NCBI GenBank assembly: GCA_001949185.1
Contig: BDGG01000004.1
Span: 2,381,620 to 2,445,619, forward strand
Direction of reading: 5' to 3'
Origin: Ramazzottius varieornatus
Taxonomy: Eukaryota; Animalia; Tardigrada
DNA length: 64,000 nucleotides
Made by a program: the position numbers and the translations under genes. The notes under the pieces are model-generated. The model was given only the letters and a program-made list of their open reading frames with translations, made no database searches and was not told the origin of the DNA. Positions 14,101-27,104 of the stretch are shown piece after piece (positions within the stretch are counted from its first letter, which is position 1; the number at the start of each line of letters is the position of its first letter).

Positions 14101-17100
14101 TGGGGCGGTTTTAACGGCGACTGGAACGATGCAAGAATTCGTCTCTCCGAACTTCCCAAATCGTTATGGAAAGTCCCTGAACTGCCCGTACATCATAGAA
14201 TCCCCTTCTCCAAGTACACATCCAAGAATACTTCATTCTCCTCTGCTTGGGTCTTCGATCGACACATGAACGTACTTTTGTTTACAGACACACAAGTCAT
14301 TCTTCAGTTTAACTTTATGGATATCGAGGTATGTATTCTTCATGGAGGGCGGGTTTCGTTCTTACTGGCAGTGCGTACTGGTTGTAGGAAAGAAACAATT
14401 GCTCGACAGGGGACTACATCGAAATCAGGAATGGCAATAATGCGGCTTCCCCCATGACTGGGCGCTTCTGTGGGCGAAAAATCCCGCCGGCTATTATGTC
14501 GACCGGCAACGCCCTCTATATTCGCTTCATTACGAACGACTGGCGGGAAGAAGCTGGATGGAGAGCTACCTACTCCAACGCCCTAACATGTACGGTTTCC
14601 TGCTCGAATAGTGACATTAAGAAAGTATGTGGACAGATGTTAACTGTTCGTCTGCGCATTAGCTTGCGGCGGAGAGCTTTCAGCTTTGGAAGGACTCTTC
14701 GTCACACCTGGACACCCTGACAACTATCCAAATGGTGTAGAGTGTATCTGGACAATTAAGGCTTCGCCTGGAAATGCCATCGACCTAAAGTTCAATTCTT
14801 TCAACCTCGGCATCAAGGAGGACGATCCGTTCTGCAACAGCGACTACGTCGAAATTCGTCTAGACGATGCTGGCGGAGAACTCGTGGGTCGCTACTGTGG
14901 CAGCAAAATACCGGATGGCATTTCTGCCAATGTGGAGACCCTTTGGATCATGTTCCGATCTTCGGACGAAACAACGCATCCTGGTTTTCTTGCTGAGTAC
15001 AAACTACGTTAGTTCGAGTTTCTCTTCTTGGCATATCTAATTTTGTCGATGGACGTTATGATCTGGTGCTGCAGGGCACGGTGGAGAAATTATCGGAAGA
15101 ACGGCCGGTCAGATTGCGTCGCCGTTATATCCAATGAACTACCCACATAACTCTACATTCAGCTGGACTATCACAGTGGTAACGAAAAGAGCATGTTTGG
15201 CCAGTTTGTTAACTTCTAACATTTTTTGTCCCTGTAATCCGTGTATATTGTAGGCTTCCGGTTCGGTGATCCGAGCCAAGTGGCTGGTCATGGACATGGA
15301 AGATCGTCGCTGTTATTTCGACTACATTTCGGTAAGCTGTCATTTTCCGTCTGCTCTTCACAATAGCCATCATACAGCACAACGAATCTTCAGGTCTACA
15401 ATGGGCCAAGCGCTCAGTCCCCTCTCATCGGCAAGTACTGTGGCTACGAGCTTCCTCAGCCCACCCAAACGGCGGGCAATCAGTTGTTCCTCATCATGCA
15501 TACCGATCGCTACGGCGGTAACGGTCAGGGCTTTCTGATGGAATGGCGTGAGATTAATCCCACTGCCAACGGAGGTTTCTACTACGGATCCACCAGTAAG
15601 ACTTCTAGATGAACTTTATCAACGAGAATAGTCCTCTAATGGCCGGAAACTATAGATATTCAGACAACGGAGGTTCTCGTGAATCGGACAGTAGGCCGCA
15701 TCATTTCTCCCGGCTATCCTGTGAGCATCATGCCGAACCAGACGCACCAGTGGCGACTCCGAACGGATGACAGTTCGCACATTGAGATTACTCTGGAAGA
15801 CCTCCACCTCTCGAACTCCACTCTGTGTGATACCGACAAACCTCGGTTACAAATGTACGATGGTCCAACATACCGGAAGTTCATGGGCAGTTTCTGCGGA
15901 AAGCTTACTCAGCCCGTTGTGAAGCAGTCGTCCACCAACTCGGTCAAGCTCATACTGAACACCCATTCCCCATCATTTTTCAATGTTAGCGGCTTCAACC
16001 TTACGTATCGTGCAGGTACAACAAACTGATGGGGTTGTGTCTTGATAAAATAGAAAACAACGGGCATCGAAATAAGACAAAATGAAACTGCAACCATTTC
16101 TTTTTCAGTTTGCGGCGGTAATATCTACGCAACCTCGGGACAAATTCGCAGTGATGGGTATCCTGGAGGAGTAACAGCAGATAAAGAAGTCTTGTGTTCG
16201 TGGAACATCACCACTGATTTTGGGCTGACCTTTGATATCACATTCGAAGACTTCGAGCTGGGTGGTGATTCGGGTGCTGCAGGATGCAGTGCACATAACG
16301 TTACGGTATTTTTCTAACGCTTGATCCAGAATTCTCACGATGTGGATGTCGATGTGTTCTCTCAAACCACAAGCCTGGAGTGAGTGTTCTTGCTTTCAGC
16401 TTCTAAACGGGTTCGGCAGCGACTCGCCCGTCCTCGCCGGTCCGTTCTGCGGGATGACCATTCCACCGTCTATTCAAAGCCGCAACAACAGGTTCGAAGT
16501 GCGATACTTCAAGAGCGCATCGGTTACGACCTCGGGCCGTGGATTTTCTCTGAAATTCCGCACGACGAGATATGCTTGTGGTGGGGAACTAAGGTAGGCA
16601 TGCAACCACCGTCAGCAGACCGGAAACCATTGTTTATAATCTATGTGACGAAAAATTTCAGGCTTACTGACTTTGTGCGAAGTGGACTGCTTTCCACTCC
16701 CAAGTATCCCGAAAGCTACCCAACTAATATAGGTATGAGTCACGTGTTAGTTACTTCAGCCAGAGAGATTTTAGTTTCGAAACTTGTCTGTCTTGTAGAG
16801 TGCGAATGGACAATCGTAGCTCCTGGGGGAGACAGGATTCGCCTGGATTTCCCTGACAAGTTCGAGCTGGAGCGACCTAACAATAACGCGTAACAGGAGA
16901 CTGTTAAACATAACAAGCTGTTTCCGAAGCTGTTAAAAGCCGATGAAAGGTTTGACGAATGATTTTACGATACAGGTGCCCGTGGGACTATCTTGAGGTT
17001 CGTGACGGAGCCACTCCGGAAGCGAATCTGATTGGAACATACTGCGGACAGCAAAAGCCGGGGACCATTCGAAGCCGCAGTAATGTCTTGTACCTGAAGT

Positions 17101-20100
17101 TCCGGTCCGACCGAGGACTTTCTCATGGAGGTTTCCAGGCTAATTACTCCATCTGTAAGTCCGTGCTTACAAAGTTGCAGATCCCGTTTTGATTTCTCAC
17201 CATGGCACGCGATGGGCTGTCTGTTTTACAGCGTCGTGTGGTGGAACAATCATTGACCAGTCGGGCACAATCTTCAGTCCAGAGTACCCGGCATCTTATC
17301 CATTCTCGGGTGACAGTGACTGCGAGTGGTATATCCAAGTCCCAGGTACCAGAAGCGAAGCGTGCTTCTTCCGGTCCGTACTTCCGTATGAGTTTACTGA
17401 TGATGGTTTGAACACTGTGTTATCATTCTATATTTTTAGCGGGTCATTTTATCGACTTTGAGCTGCGCGAGTTCGTACTGCCCGATTACTTCAATTGCTC
17501 TGCTGGTCACTTCGTCGAATTCAGGAACTACAGTAGAAACGGTAAGTGACACTCTCTCGAGCTTTACCGCTGTATAGAGATTTAGTTTAGTATGATTGAT
17601 TTTTTTCTGTAATAGGTGATTTGATAAAGCGCTTCTGCGGAACACAGCCGTTCACGACATTCAGCTCTCCCGATTCGCTGGTGTATGTACGGTTCAGAAA
17701 TTCATTACCGGTACCCGTTCGAGCTCTTCAGGAGACCGCGTTCAAATTCCGCATATTCTTTAACGCCAATAGCGAAGGTATTGTATGAAAAACGATGTTT
17801 CAATGATCCGGTCTTCCACGTAGCTTGATTGTAGGATGTGGTGGCGAACTACTGGGACCGTCTGGAATCATCACATCGTGAGTAGATTTTATTTCATTGT
17901 AAAATTTAGTAATCAGGGTGGACTGTCTACCGTAGACCTGGTTTTCCAAATGCATATCCGAACAACCGTGTTTGTGTATGGAAAATCACGACTTCCGTGG
18001 GAAGACGGATTCTTCTGGAGAGCCTGGACCTCGAAGTGGAGGGCATTGGTCTATGCCAGAGCGACTTTGTCGAGGTACGGTTCATAATCTTTCCACGTTA
18101 CAATACTTCACATCCACGCTGTTACTTTGTGGGGCAGGTGTACAATGGCATTTTGGGCGACTCACCTCGGATGGATCGGGTATGCGGAACCCGGAAGATC
18201 AAAATATCTTCGAGTATGAACACCATGACCATCAAGTTCCAAACGGATAGTTCAAAAAGTAGCCGTGGTTTTCGCCTTCGGTACAGCAGCAATGAACCAG
18301 CAGGTAAAATGTGGCCTTCGAAAACTGTATACTAGAAAACACCGTCGTTAATTTTCATCGCGCTGTGTATTGATTTGCTTCTCTTCTTTCTTCTATAATC
18401 TATCTAACATGATTTCAATGTTTTGTAGCGTGCGGTGGAAGTCTGGTCGGCACCAGTGGGGTCATTACTAGTCCGGGTTTCGACCTGACAAACAACTCAG
18501 CCAAATATGATCCGAATGACGAATGCACATGGACCATCAGCAACCCCAACCCTTACGATCCATCCACCATCTTCCTCCAGATCACTTACTTGGAAACGGA
18601 GCAAGTGCTTCCGCAAGTCCTCAACACCATGCAAGATATTTGCCGCTCGGACTTTATCGAAGTGCGGTCAGGACTAACGTCGGCAGACCCGCTGGTACAA
18701 ACGTTCTGCGGGCGAAAAGCAGACCTCTTGAACTCCTCCGTTGCTATACCAGGACCGGTAAGAGCAGCTTCTTTAACACTTAAAAGACCAAGGGGGTACC
18801 CCGGTTGCCTGGCGCACCCCAAAAGCCTTGCAGAATGGCTACTGTTGAGCCTTTTCGTCTCAAATTTGCACGTTTGCTTTTGGAAACTTTGTCGCTTCCA
18901 CTTAAAAAAGACGTAAACTGGCTAGCAGCTTTCTGAAAATTTCGAGAGAATATTTCGTTTTTGACCAGATTGTGTCTTGAGTTGACAGACCAAATTTTTA
19001 CTCAAGAGCTGGCTGACGGAAAGCCTCCTTAAAAATTGGACACAGAGCTAGTACATTGATATCGTCTTAGACGCTCCAGTATGTTCCATGCTGTGTGACC
19101 AGTGGTCAGAGCAAATTAAAAAGGTCTGGCACTGTGGTTCACTTAGTGGCGCATTTTACTCGAAAAATGCGAAGCGTACATGTGGTGATTGACCCGATCT
19201 GACCCCACCCCACGATTTCAGCCAGTTAAAAATTGGGGAAGGTGATCTACCCCCCTTGTACTCCCAGAGCTCGGAATTGCGTGGTCTTTTAAATGTTAAT
19301 ACTGTATACTGGCCTCAACATTCATGTTCTTGTGGCTTGCAGGTTGCGTATATCCGTTGGCGCACGGACTACTCCCTACAGCTAAAAGGTAGCACTGTAC
19401 ATGTCGTACTGCATACATCTTGCATGCCCAGCGTTTTCAAGACTTTTGTTTTCGCCCAGGCTTCCGAATGGAGTACACTATCATGCGTAAGAATTTTTCG
19501 GCTCGGCTTTGCTACTAGGTCTGAACCGAATAAAAGATTCCCTGTTTCAGCTTGTGGTGGAATATTGGCCGACATGAGTGGTGTCATAGGGGCTCCCACT
19601 GACAACACGATGGGGCATACAGGGAAGTTGGTGTGTGCATGGTTGGTGGGGTCTCCTGGAGGACCCGGTCAGGTTGAGGTACGTTAACCTTCTTATTAAT
19701 CTGCTGACTGGCTGAAGGCACATCTGTCGTGTTAGCTTGATAGGCCGACAACCCGTTTTGATTCTAGCTTTCGTTCGAAGAAGGGCGTTTCGTACCGAGT
19801 GTGAACTGCACTGCGAATTCGGCGGAAGTCCTGAACGGCCGCTTCCACAATTCGCCCGTCATCACTCGGCTTTGCGCGGAGCACATCGCGACTCCTGTGC
19901 GCTCGCAGGGTTCTGCCATATTTGTGCGCTATCAAGCAGAAGACACTTTGCCCAGGATGGCATTCCGAGCGACTTATGAAACAGTAACAAATGGTACGTG
20001 GACTTCTTATAAGGTCGGTGTCGTTAAATCTTGAGATAACTTTCTAAACCGGTAAGTGGAACAGGGTGCGGAGGGACAATACACCAGAACGAAGGAACCA

Positions 20101-21385
20101 TATCCACACCGGGACGTGCGAACAATGACGATTATCCTGACGACATTGAATGCATATGGGACATATTTGTTGACACCGGCTACCACATCAACCTCACTTT
20201 CCCCAGGCGGTTCGACATCGAGTCGTCGCAAGACTGTACCAAAGATTACGTCGAACTGCAGGAACAGCAGACTCCCGATGAAGAGGATGAATGGACAACA
20301 CTGGTCCACCTCTGTGGTCATCAAACGCCCAACGCCACTTTTTCTTCCTCCAACCGCCTCCGTGTGAAGTTCCATTCTGACGATACAAATAACGCTAAAG
20401 GTTTCACAGCAAGTTGGTCCATAGGATGTGGCGGTCGGCTAAGTGATTCCATAGGTACATAGGTACAGTATCAATACCTGCCAGCAGGGTGAACGTGCGG
20501 CAACATAATAGACTGTAATGCTTCTTGAACTTCGCGAATCACATGATCTACGCATGGAGCTAAACCCTGGTCCGGTGACTATACCCTACCAACCCCCTGG
20601 AGGGATGTTCCGCGTGCATTATGACGTATTTCGCGAAGTTGAAGAAGCATAACAGTATAGTCACACGACATCGAAAGCCATGAGTCGCATGTTTTCGAGC
20701 CTACTCACTTACATACTTGTTTATCATGCAGATTAAGGGGATCACTGCGAGCAAGTTCATGACAGACCGTCAGGCTACAATATTTTGTTGATTTTTAGGC
20801 GTTATTGTGTCTCCTGGGTTTCCCAACAAGCCGGCCAACAACCTGGACTGTCGGTGGGAAATCATCGCACCTTACATCGAGCTGACTTTCGACCCGAACC
20901 ACTTCGATATTGAGGGGAGTCGTCGGCTTCTCCTCAAGGAAGCCAACCGTATGTACGGAGCGTACTACTCGGAAATATTGTGTCACGATTACCTCACCGT
21001 CTATGGCGGCGACCCAGCTAATAGCACGGTTATCAGTAAGCCACCTCGGATTTGCGGAGGAAGTGGCTTGTATGGAGCAAGCGGCGAGGTACCGCGGCCT
21101 ATCTATGCTGAAAAGCGCATGGTCGTAGAGTTCCACACGGACTTCGCCTTGGCCGGAAACGGTTTCCGCCTTGTATACAAAACTTCAACTAGTAAGTTCA
21201 ATCACAACGAAGTTCTCTTCGAATAGTGTATGGTCAACAGCTTACACTATCTTTACCACATGTTATGTATTCTTGCAGATCCTTTTCCAGTAAGCACGTT
21301 TCCAACCACTAGCAGTACCACGAGGATACCATGGGTATCCAGAATGCCAGCTTACCGACTTGAATCGAACAAGCTGTTGATCTAA
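8101..21385 (+). CDS. CUBN: Cubilin (signal peptide, N-terminal helical region, 7 EGF repeats, about 18 CUB domains), many short exons
   Basis: Exon 1 (8101-8198) encodes signal peptide [21 protein letters not shown] and splices in frame to [15 protein letters not shown], a cubilin-like N-terminus. Ca-EGF repeats ([40 protein letters not shown]) are followed by tandem CUB domains (CGG...SP.YP..Y...C.W...DY.E...FCG). Last exon ends RLESNKLLI* (TAA 21383-21385). Confidence 0.92.
9685..9841. mobile_element. MITE, Tc2/pogo-like (CTGTA termini, TA target duplication), in a cubilin intron
   Basis: TA|CTGTATTCCCCCGATATCTCCGCGAA ... TTCGCGAAGATATCGGCGGAATACAG|TA; imperfect inverted repeat extends about 55 bp (GGCGCCACCTAC / GTAGGTGGCGTC). 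Confidence 0.8.
13383..13459. repeat. Dispersed hairpin family, copy C (cubilin intron)
   Basis: CAAGATTGTTGTCCCAAGTGGCGCACGTTTCC-CTTGTTGTTAGCT-GGAAATGTGCGCCACTTGGAAACATGATATTG; near-perfect 19-bp stem. Confidence 0.75.
18777..19295. mobile_element. piggyBac-like non-autonomous element (TTAA target duplication) in a cubilin intron
   Basis: TTAA|CACTTAAAAGACCA ... TGGTCTTTTAAATG|TTAA (13/14 TIR match); sub-terminal CAAGGGGGTA / TACCCCCCTTG; it accounts for an unusually long intron. Confidence 0.72.
20513..20655. mobile_element. MITE (CTGT termini) in a cubilin intron
   Basis: CTGTAATGCTTCTTGAACTTCGCGAA ... TTCGCGAAGTTGAAGAAGCATAACAG|TA (24/26 inverted match); shares GCGAATCAC(A/G)TGA with the 33613 element. 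Confidence 0.75.
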
Positions 21386-21506
21386 GACATTTTAGCAAAT
21401 TTTTGCCCCGAGAAGATGTAAAATGAATGGTTAAACATTCAGGTTCGAATAACATGAGCCCTCTAAAGATCAAAACGCTGAAAGTACAGGGAAAACTGTC
21501 ACAATG

Positions 21507-23669
21507 TCAGTCGCTATCACTATCTGACTCCGACAGGTTTGCTGCTTTCCTGGCAGCAGCAACTTCGTTGTCTGACTGTTCAGACTCGTCGGACGATTCG
21601 TTATGATCGTTCGGTCTTTCCGCTTCCTGTTTGATGGGCGGTGTGTTGTCCTCCTCATCGCTACCTTCCGCGTTCCCATTTGTTCCGTTACTGGGAGAAT
21701 CTACGGGCAACTTGATTCTCGTACCTTTAGACGAGTAAGACAATGATTAACAAAGGCAGGACATCAGTGTAATCCGGGAAAAGCCACGAGTACTTACTTG
21801 GAGACTGTTCAGGCTGATCGGGCTCCTCGATCTCATTGTCCGGCGGAGCGTCTGGAGCCTAGATTAAAAGAACTAGTTGAGGTTTTGTGAAGTATTGACA
21901 TGTTGACCAGAAGTGATAGGTGTACCTTGTTTTCGGAGTTAGCTGCTGACGTAAAGCGGACCACCAGTTTGGATTTGTTCTTTTTCGCTCCGCGTGCTCT
22001 CCGGACTAGTTTCACCCTATATCACCGCGAAAGACTGTTGGAAACAGTTCGATCAGTCCGCACAAATGATAACTTACTTGGTCTCGAGTTCCAAGAAGAA
22101 CATGGATCCATCACGAATGTTAAACGCGAAGGCGTTGTCCTCTTTGTCTTTCAGAACCTGAGGCTTCTTGTCTTCCGGTAGAGAAAACTCCCGATGAAGC
22201 TTGAACACATATCTGAGAAGAAACCGATTACTGAATCTTATCGCGATATTGCATGGGGGAGTCTCTTTACTCTTCATTGTCGTCTGTCATTCCCCGAGTT
22301 TCCTCCAGTTTCCTCATTGTCTCTTCCGGTGGTACGAAATATGCCACGGTCTGATTTCCATGCTCATCCGTCATCCCCCTGCCATGATACTTTGACAACC
22401 TTTGTTGGACAGGCGACCAGGTATAACAGAAGGCTCACCTCAACATCGTATTAGCCATCACTTCGTCAGGGATATATCCATGAACAGCAGGAGGTGCAGG
22501 ATCAGTCTCAAACGTGACACAGACCACAGGATATTTCGCGAGCTAAAGACAAACATCAGTTCATTTGATTAGACAGAAATACCCACGCTGGGAACTCATT
22601 TAGGGGAAGGACCCACATCGAAATCAGGAAAGATCGCAGTTTCTTCAACCGCTTTGAGATCCGGCTTATTTGGATGCTTCTTCGGCTGCAGTAAAAACCA
22701 ATTAAGTCTAATATTGCGTTAGTCTAACATTATGCGGAATACGCCGAAATTAAACAAAAGTAGTTCAGTGCGCAACGTACCTTGTTGATGGCGAAGTCAA
22801 AGGTATCCTGAATGGCTTCGGCTCTCTTTACACGGGTTCTAAGGTCCAGATCATGCATCTGTGTAATGACCGGTCTTTTGATAGCTTTCCTATGGTTACA
22901 AACATAATAACCATACCGACCATCAACACCAGGACATACGATACAGCGTGCCCCAACCTCTCCACTTACTCGCTAGAGACTTCCTGTCGGTTGAGTCCAT
23001 AGTCATTGTTGATATACTGGGTTTTCCGCAGCCAAGCTACCTGTCGACCGTGATCGATTCGCCTATTCGAAAGAAACAGAAACCTCACCACTTCTGGACG
23101 TAGAAACAATAAAACTAAAGTATAATCTTACTGAGGTTTAGAGGACGTCTGCGTCTCGTTGAGGACTTCGTCCTCGCACAATAACGCGTCGATGTCAGCT
23201 CCGGAATCTGAGCAAACATATACCCATACTGCCTGACAGGTAAACCAACCAAAGTTATCTACCTGGTCCTGTAGGAAGCTTGAACGACGGCATGGTGAGG
23301 AGACTTAGTTTCATTCCCATATCCGAGTCACAGTTGATGTCCCTTTTGTACTCCTTCTCCAAGGATGTGGAAGAGTATTTAACGTATCTGTGACGATCCT
23401 CTGGTTAACTCTATGCTGTGAATATCCCGTTGGGGTAGCTACTTACGGGGCCATATCCACATTGTACACCAGAAACTTGGTATCCGCTGGCAGGTCCGGG
23501 AGACGATTAAGATACTTCGTTCTGCATAAGAAATCGTCCTTCTCGAGACTGAAAGGTCGGACAACAATGTTAGAAATTCTCACTGTTCCCAAAATATTCA
23601 TTGCAAAGGACGGGCGGGGAGCTTTTACCTGGATGAAGCGTATGGTCGTCGAGATCCGGAGGTGGACAT
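21507..23669 (-). CDS. PAF1: RNA polymerase II-associated factor 1 (PAF1 complex subunit), multi-exon
   Basis: Spliced N-terminus MSTSGSRRPYASSSLEKDDFLCRTKYLNRLPDLPADTKFLVY...YVKYSSTSLEKEYK matches the PAF1 CRVKY.N.LPD.P.D.KF motif. Also VAWLRKTQYI, AFNIRDGSMFFLELETKVKLVRRAR and an acidic tail ending SDSDSD*. Confidence 0.9.
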
Positions 23670-24743
23670 AGGTGGCGGAGCCATCCTGTGTAAAGACTAA
23701 AGAGTATCAGAAATCTTTCGCTCGAGAAGATGACTAGAAGCTTAGCGCCGTGCTCGAGGCGATCAAAGGTTGATGTTGCCTTCCCCAGGAAGCGAAAGAT
23801 CAAGCTGGCCGAAGACGCAAAGATAACGTCGATCAGAAGAATCAAGAATGTGAGGAGAATGTGAGGACAATCAAGAAAATATCGAGGAGAAGATTCAGAT
23901 CATCCGAATACTGACTTGAACATGTCATAGGGACGTGGTGGGCAATTGAGCATGTAATGGTTGTCATATCATAAGCAATAGGCAATTATTACGTACTATA
24001 TTGACATCAGTTATTTGTAATGTAAGTAATGCAATTATAAGTTCTATTTGCGAACTGCTTCGTGACATTGATTTTATTTGGTTCAGTTTACTACAGCGTT
24101 AACGAACATAACGTGATAAGCTGAAATATAGGTATAGTTGTATTTGGGCAGTTCGGGATCGTCTGAACGCATCGGTGGGTGCGTGAGCATGACGCGGAAG
24201 TAAAGCAATCGTCAAGCTCCTAGCTGTTACAGTACCATTTACCGTGTTGTCACGTGAGAAGGACCCAGGGACCGACGTTGACGTTGAAGTTCAAGAGCTT
24301 CTCGGACCATCGGTAGCAGGTCAATGCGACGAAAAACCGGGACTTAATCGGAACAAACCTTCTAGAAATCAGTATTTAAAAGAGTCACAAGTTATCGAAA
24401 ACTGGATCATATCAGCCCTGAGATGTCCGACTTTCTTTCAGCGGAAATTGTCGCAGACCGGGTGGTCTAGATAAGGCATCCAAAGTCTAATTTTGGAGTT
24501 GCAGCAGAAGCTCATCTTATCCATAAGACTACAACACTCTAATGCCTGCTGCCTACTTACAGAACAGCGAATGCAGCGTGCAACTCAACTATCAGAGGCC
24601 ATTAGGCATAAACCACATGGGAGAGTACTTTGGTCGTTCTAAGCATCGAATTCAAGTTCATAATTTACAATTAATGTACGACCGCAGTAGCCACTGTTTG
24701 TGAACCTTGTCCCAATTTGAATTCCGCCCACACATTAAAGAAT

Positions 24744-25440
24744 ATGTCATCAAAGAAGATGTTTGCTCACCGGTTTCGGACAACCAACCACATACTGAAT
24801 ATAATGCCAATATGGGTTCTCATGATTTCTGCAAGTTCCGGCCAAAGTAGAGCTCAACCTACCAAACTGCCGGAAAGACATCTTCCACCAAGCCTGAAGG
24901 AGGACCCTGCGTTAGTACCCAACGCTTATTGAAAATTTGGTGTTTTCACACAGGTCTATGATCTTCCCTTTTAGGTCTTCTTTTCTTTTAGGCATTTGAA
25001 GGAGCACCTGAAAGACACTATAGACGTCGTAGACTCTATGAGTCCCGAAGAACTGGAATTTCATTACTTCAAGTAGGTCCCGGTTGAATTTTCTTACATT
25101 GAAAACCCAACATTTGACTTTTATGCCTCCAGAGTACATGACTACAATAAAGACAACCAGCTTGACGGCCTTGAAATGTTACACGCGTTGATGCACAACG
25201 AGCATGACGAGAGGGGCGCTGTGAATATGCTTTTCGACCGGCCCACTGACATAGATCCATATATCAGTAAGAAGAATCATCCCTATCTCGCGTCTCAGTG
25301 AGCTCCCCACTCCTCTAATCATCAACACCACTTCTCACCTTACAGAAGTCATCGACGAGGTCCTAGCAGATGGCGACCTCAATGGAGATGGCTACCTAAG
25401 CTACGAAGAGTACAAGCACAAGTCACAGATGTCCGGTTGA
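24744..25440 (+). CDS. MCFD2: MCFD2-like secreted EF-hand protein (LMAN1 co-receptor), 4 exons; start could be 24744, 24759 or 24804
   Basis: HLKEHLKDTIDVVDSMSPEELEFHYFK/VHDYNKDNQLDGLEMLHALMH and a second EF-hand IDEVLADGDLNGDGYLSYEEYK; hydrophobic N-terminal segment. Confidence 0.88.
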
Positions 25441-25700
25441 CTCCTTTCGACCTGTTCTTGTTCCTGTCTGATCGGTCTTTTCTTGAAAGACGGTCTCCGA
25501 GCAGCTGAAACAAAGAAAACCAGACTGTGATAGTGAGAGTTGCTTCATGCCTTCATCGAACTTATAATGCCAAAGACATTAGGATTCATCAGGAATTTGC
25601 CTTGGTTGTCAGTGAGCAGTTGGAGACTTTTAAGAATTAGAAGTACGAGTACCGCAAAAGCCAGTTCGACGGAGATAAGCAAGTCTAGCTGATAAAGATT

Positions 25701-27104
25701 CTATGCTCGGAAGAAGTTGTCAGTACTGCACGTTCTCAAGAAAACCTGTTCATAGTGCTGGTGGAAAGTGAACAGGCAGATGCCTTTCATAGCAGTCCAG
25801 ATCCACGTCGAGGAAGCAGCAAAACACAATCCTGTCAACCTGCAAAAGGAACTAAGTAGAAAAGCTGTCGCGACTGAGGAAAATTTTCTCGAACAAGTTA
25901 CCAAAGTGCTGTTGTCGTTAGTGTCCAGCCATTTCCGAACAGTTTCCACTGCGACCTCAGCCGCTGGTTCATGAGGATAGCCTAAACAGAAACACAGGTA
26001 TAGGTTCTCACAGGGCCTTTAGTGTCAGTGAGTCGCCGTACCGTAGACTCCCGTCGAGATACAAGGAAAGACCTGAAACAAAATGTCAGTACTTTATATC
26101 GATGTTAACGCACTGGTTATATAACTATGGGCGGAGTAAAGTTGTTAGGCAGGAGAACCCTTACGCAGGATCTCAGAGAATGCTTCTTGAGTAGTTCCAG
26201 ACTATTCCAGTAGCAACTCCGGAGCTTCTCTGGTTTACTTCCTATGGGTCCCACGGTGTGTATCACGTCTGCAAAATACAAACAAAACAAGCAAAAGATG
26301 GGGGACTGCTCGCGGGGAGACGGGGCAAGTGGAGCCTACGCTTGCAAGGCAGCCTGTAATAACAGACGCACTTACTTTACGGTAACTTCCACGAATGAAT
26401 GCACAGGAGAGTTACCGATAGCCTTTCGTGATCTTGGCTTCTCCCGTCTCGCACCCATGTAAGCTCGCGCATTCCGCTTTCAGCTCAGGTCCAGCTCTAT
26501 CTCGTGCGAGAAAAACCCGTAAAGACATACGACCGATATTAGTGTTCACGAAGACTCACGCTCTGTGAATGGCTCCATCAACTGCGAAGAAAAGGACACG
26601 TCTTTCTACGAAGCGAAGCCACAGATATGTTAGGAACAATATTTAGTACCTCCGCCTCCTCCTAGAAGAGACCGGTTAGCGGCGTTTACTATCGCGTCGG
26701 CTTGAAATTCGGTGATATCGCCTGCAAAGAATACAAATGATTGAAGCGTAGCAGCAGTCCCCTCCACAGCTTCTAGAGTTGGTTGGAGTGAACAAGGGCA
26801 GAACCCACCTTGCCAAAGGGATATCTTGTCATTCAGGTCTTTGAGAGGCTCCACTATTTCCAGACTTTTAGAGCCTACAATAAAGAGTGAGACATTACTT
26901 ATGGTGCAGTACGCCCGCAGCGCCGTGCCTTGCGATCGCTTCATGCACTCGCGTACCTTTTCCAGTTGTAGCAGGCTCATGTTTCGTCCCGTTGGTTATA
27001 TGTAGAGTCTTGAGATGCTCTGTCCAGGTGGGAATGTCCAGAATATCGAGTCCACTAACCCTGGAGTATCCAACAGATGTATCGCTCTTCTTCCTTGCAG
27101 CCAT
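25701..27104 (-). CDS. MACROD: MacroD1/2-type macrodomain (ADP-ribose glycohydrolase / O-acetyl-ADP-ribose deacetylase), about 9 exons including 22-nt and 14-nt micro-exons
   Basis: [41 protein letters not shown]...[28 protein letters not shown]...[12 protein letters not shown] signature. Confidence 0.93.

Noticed and set aside
23836-23900. GAGAATGTGAGGA-type short repeats upstream of PAF1
   Set aside because: Purine-rich low-complexity sequence, two short copies only; not an array.
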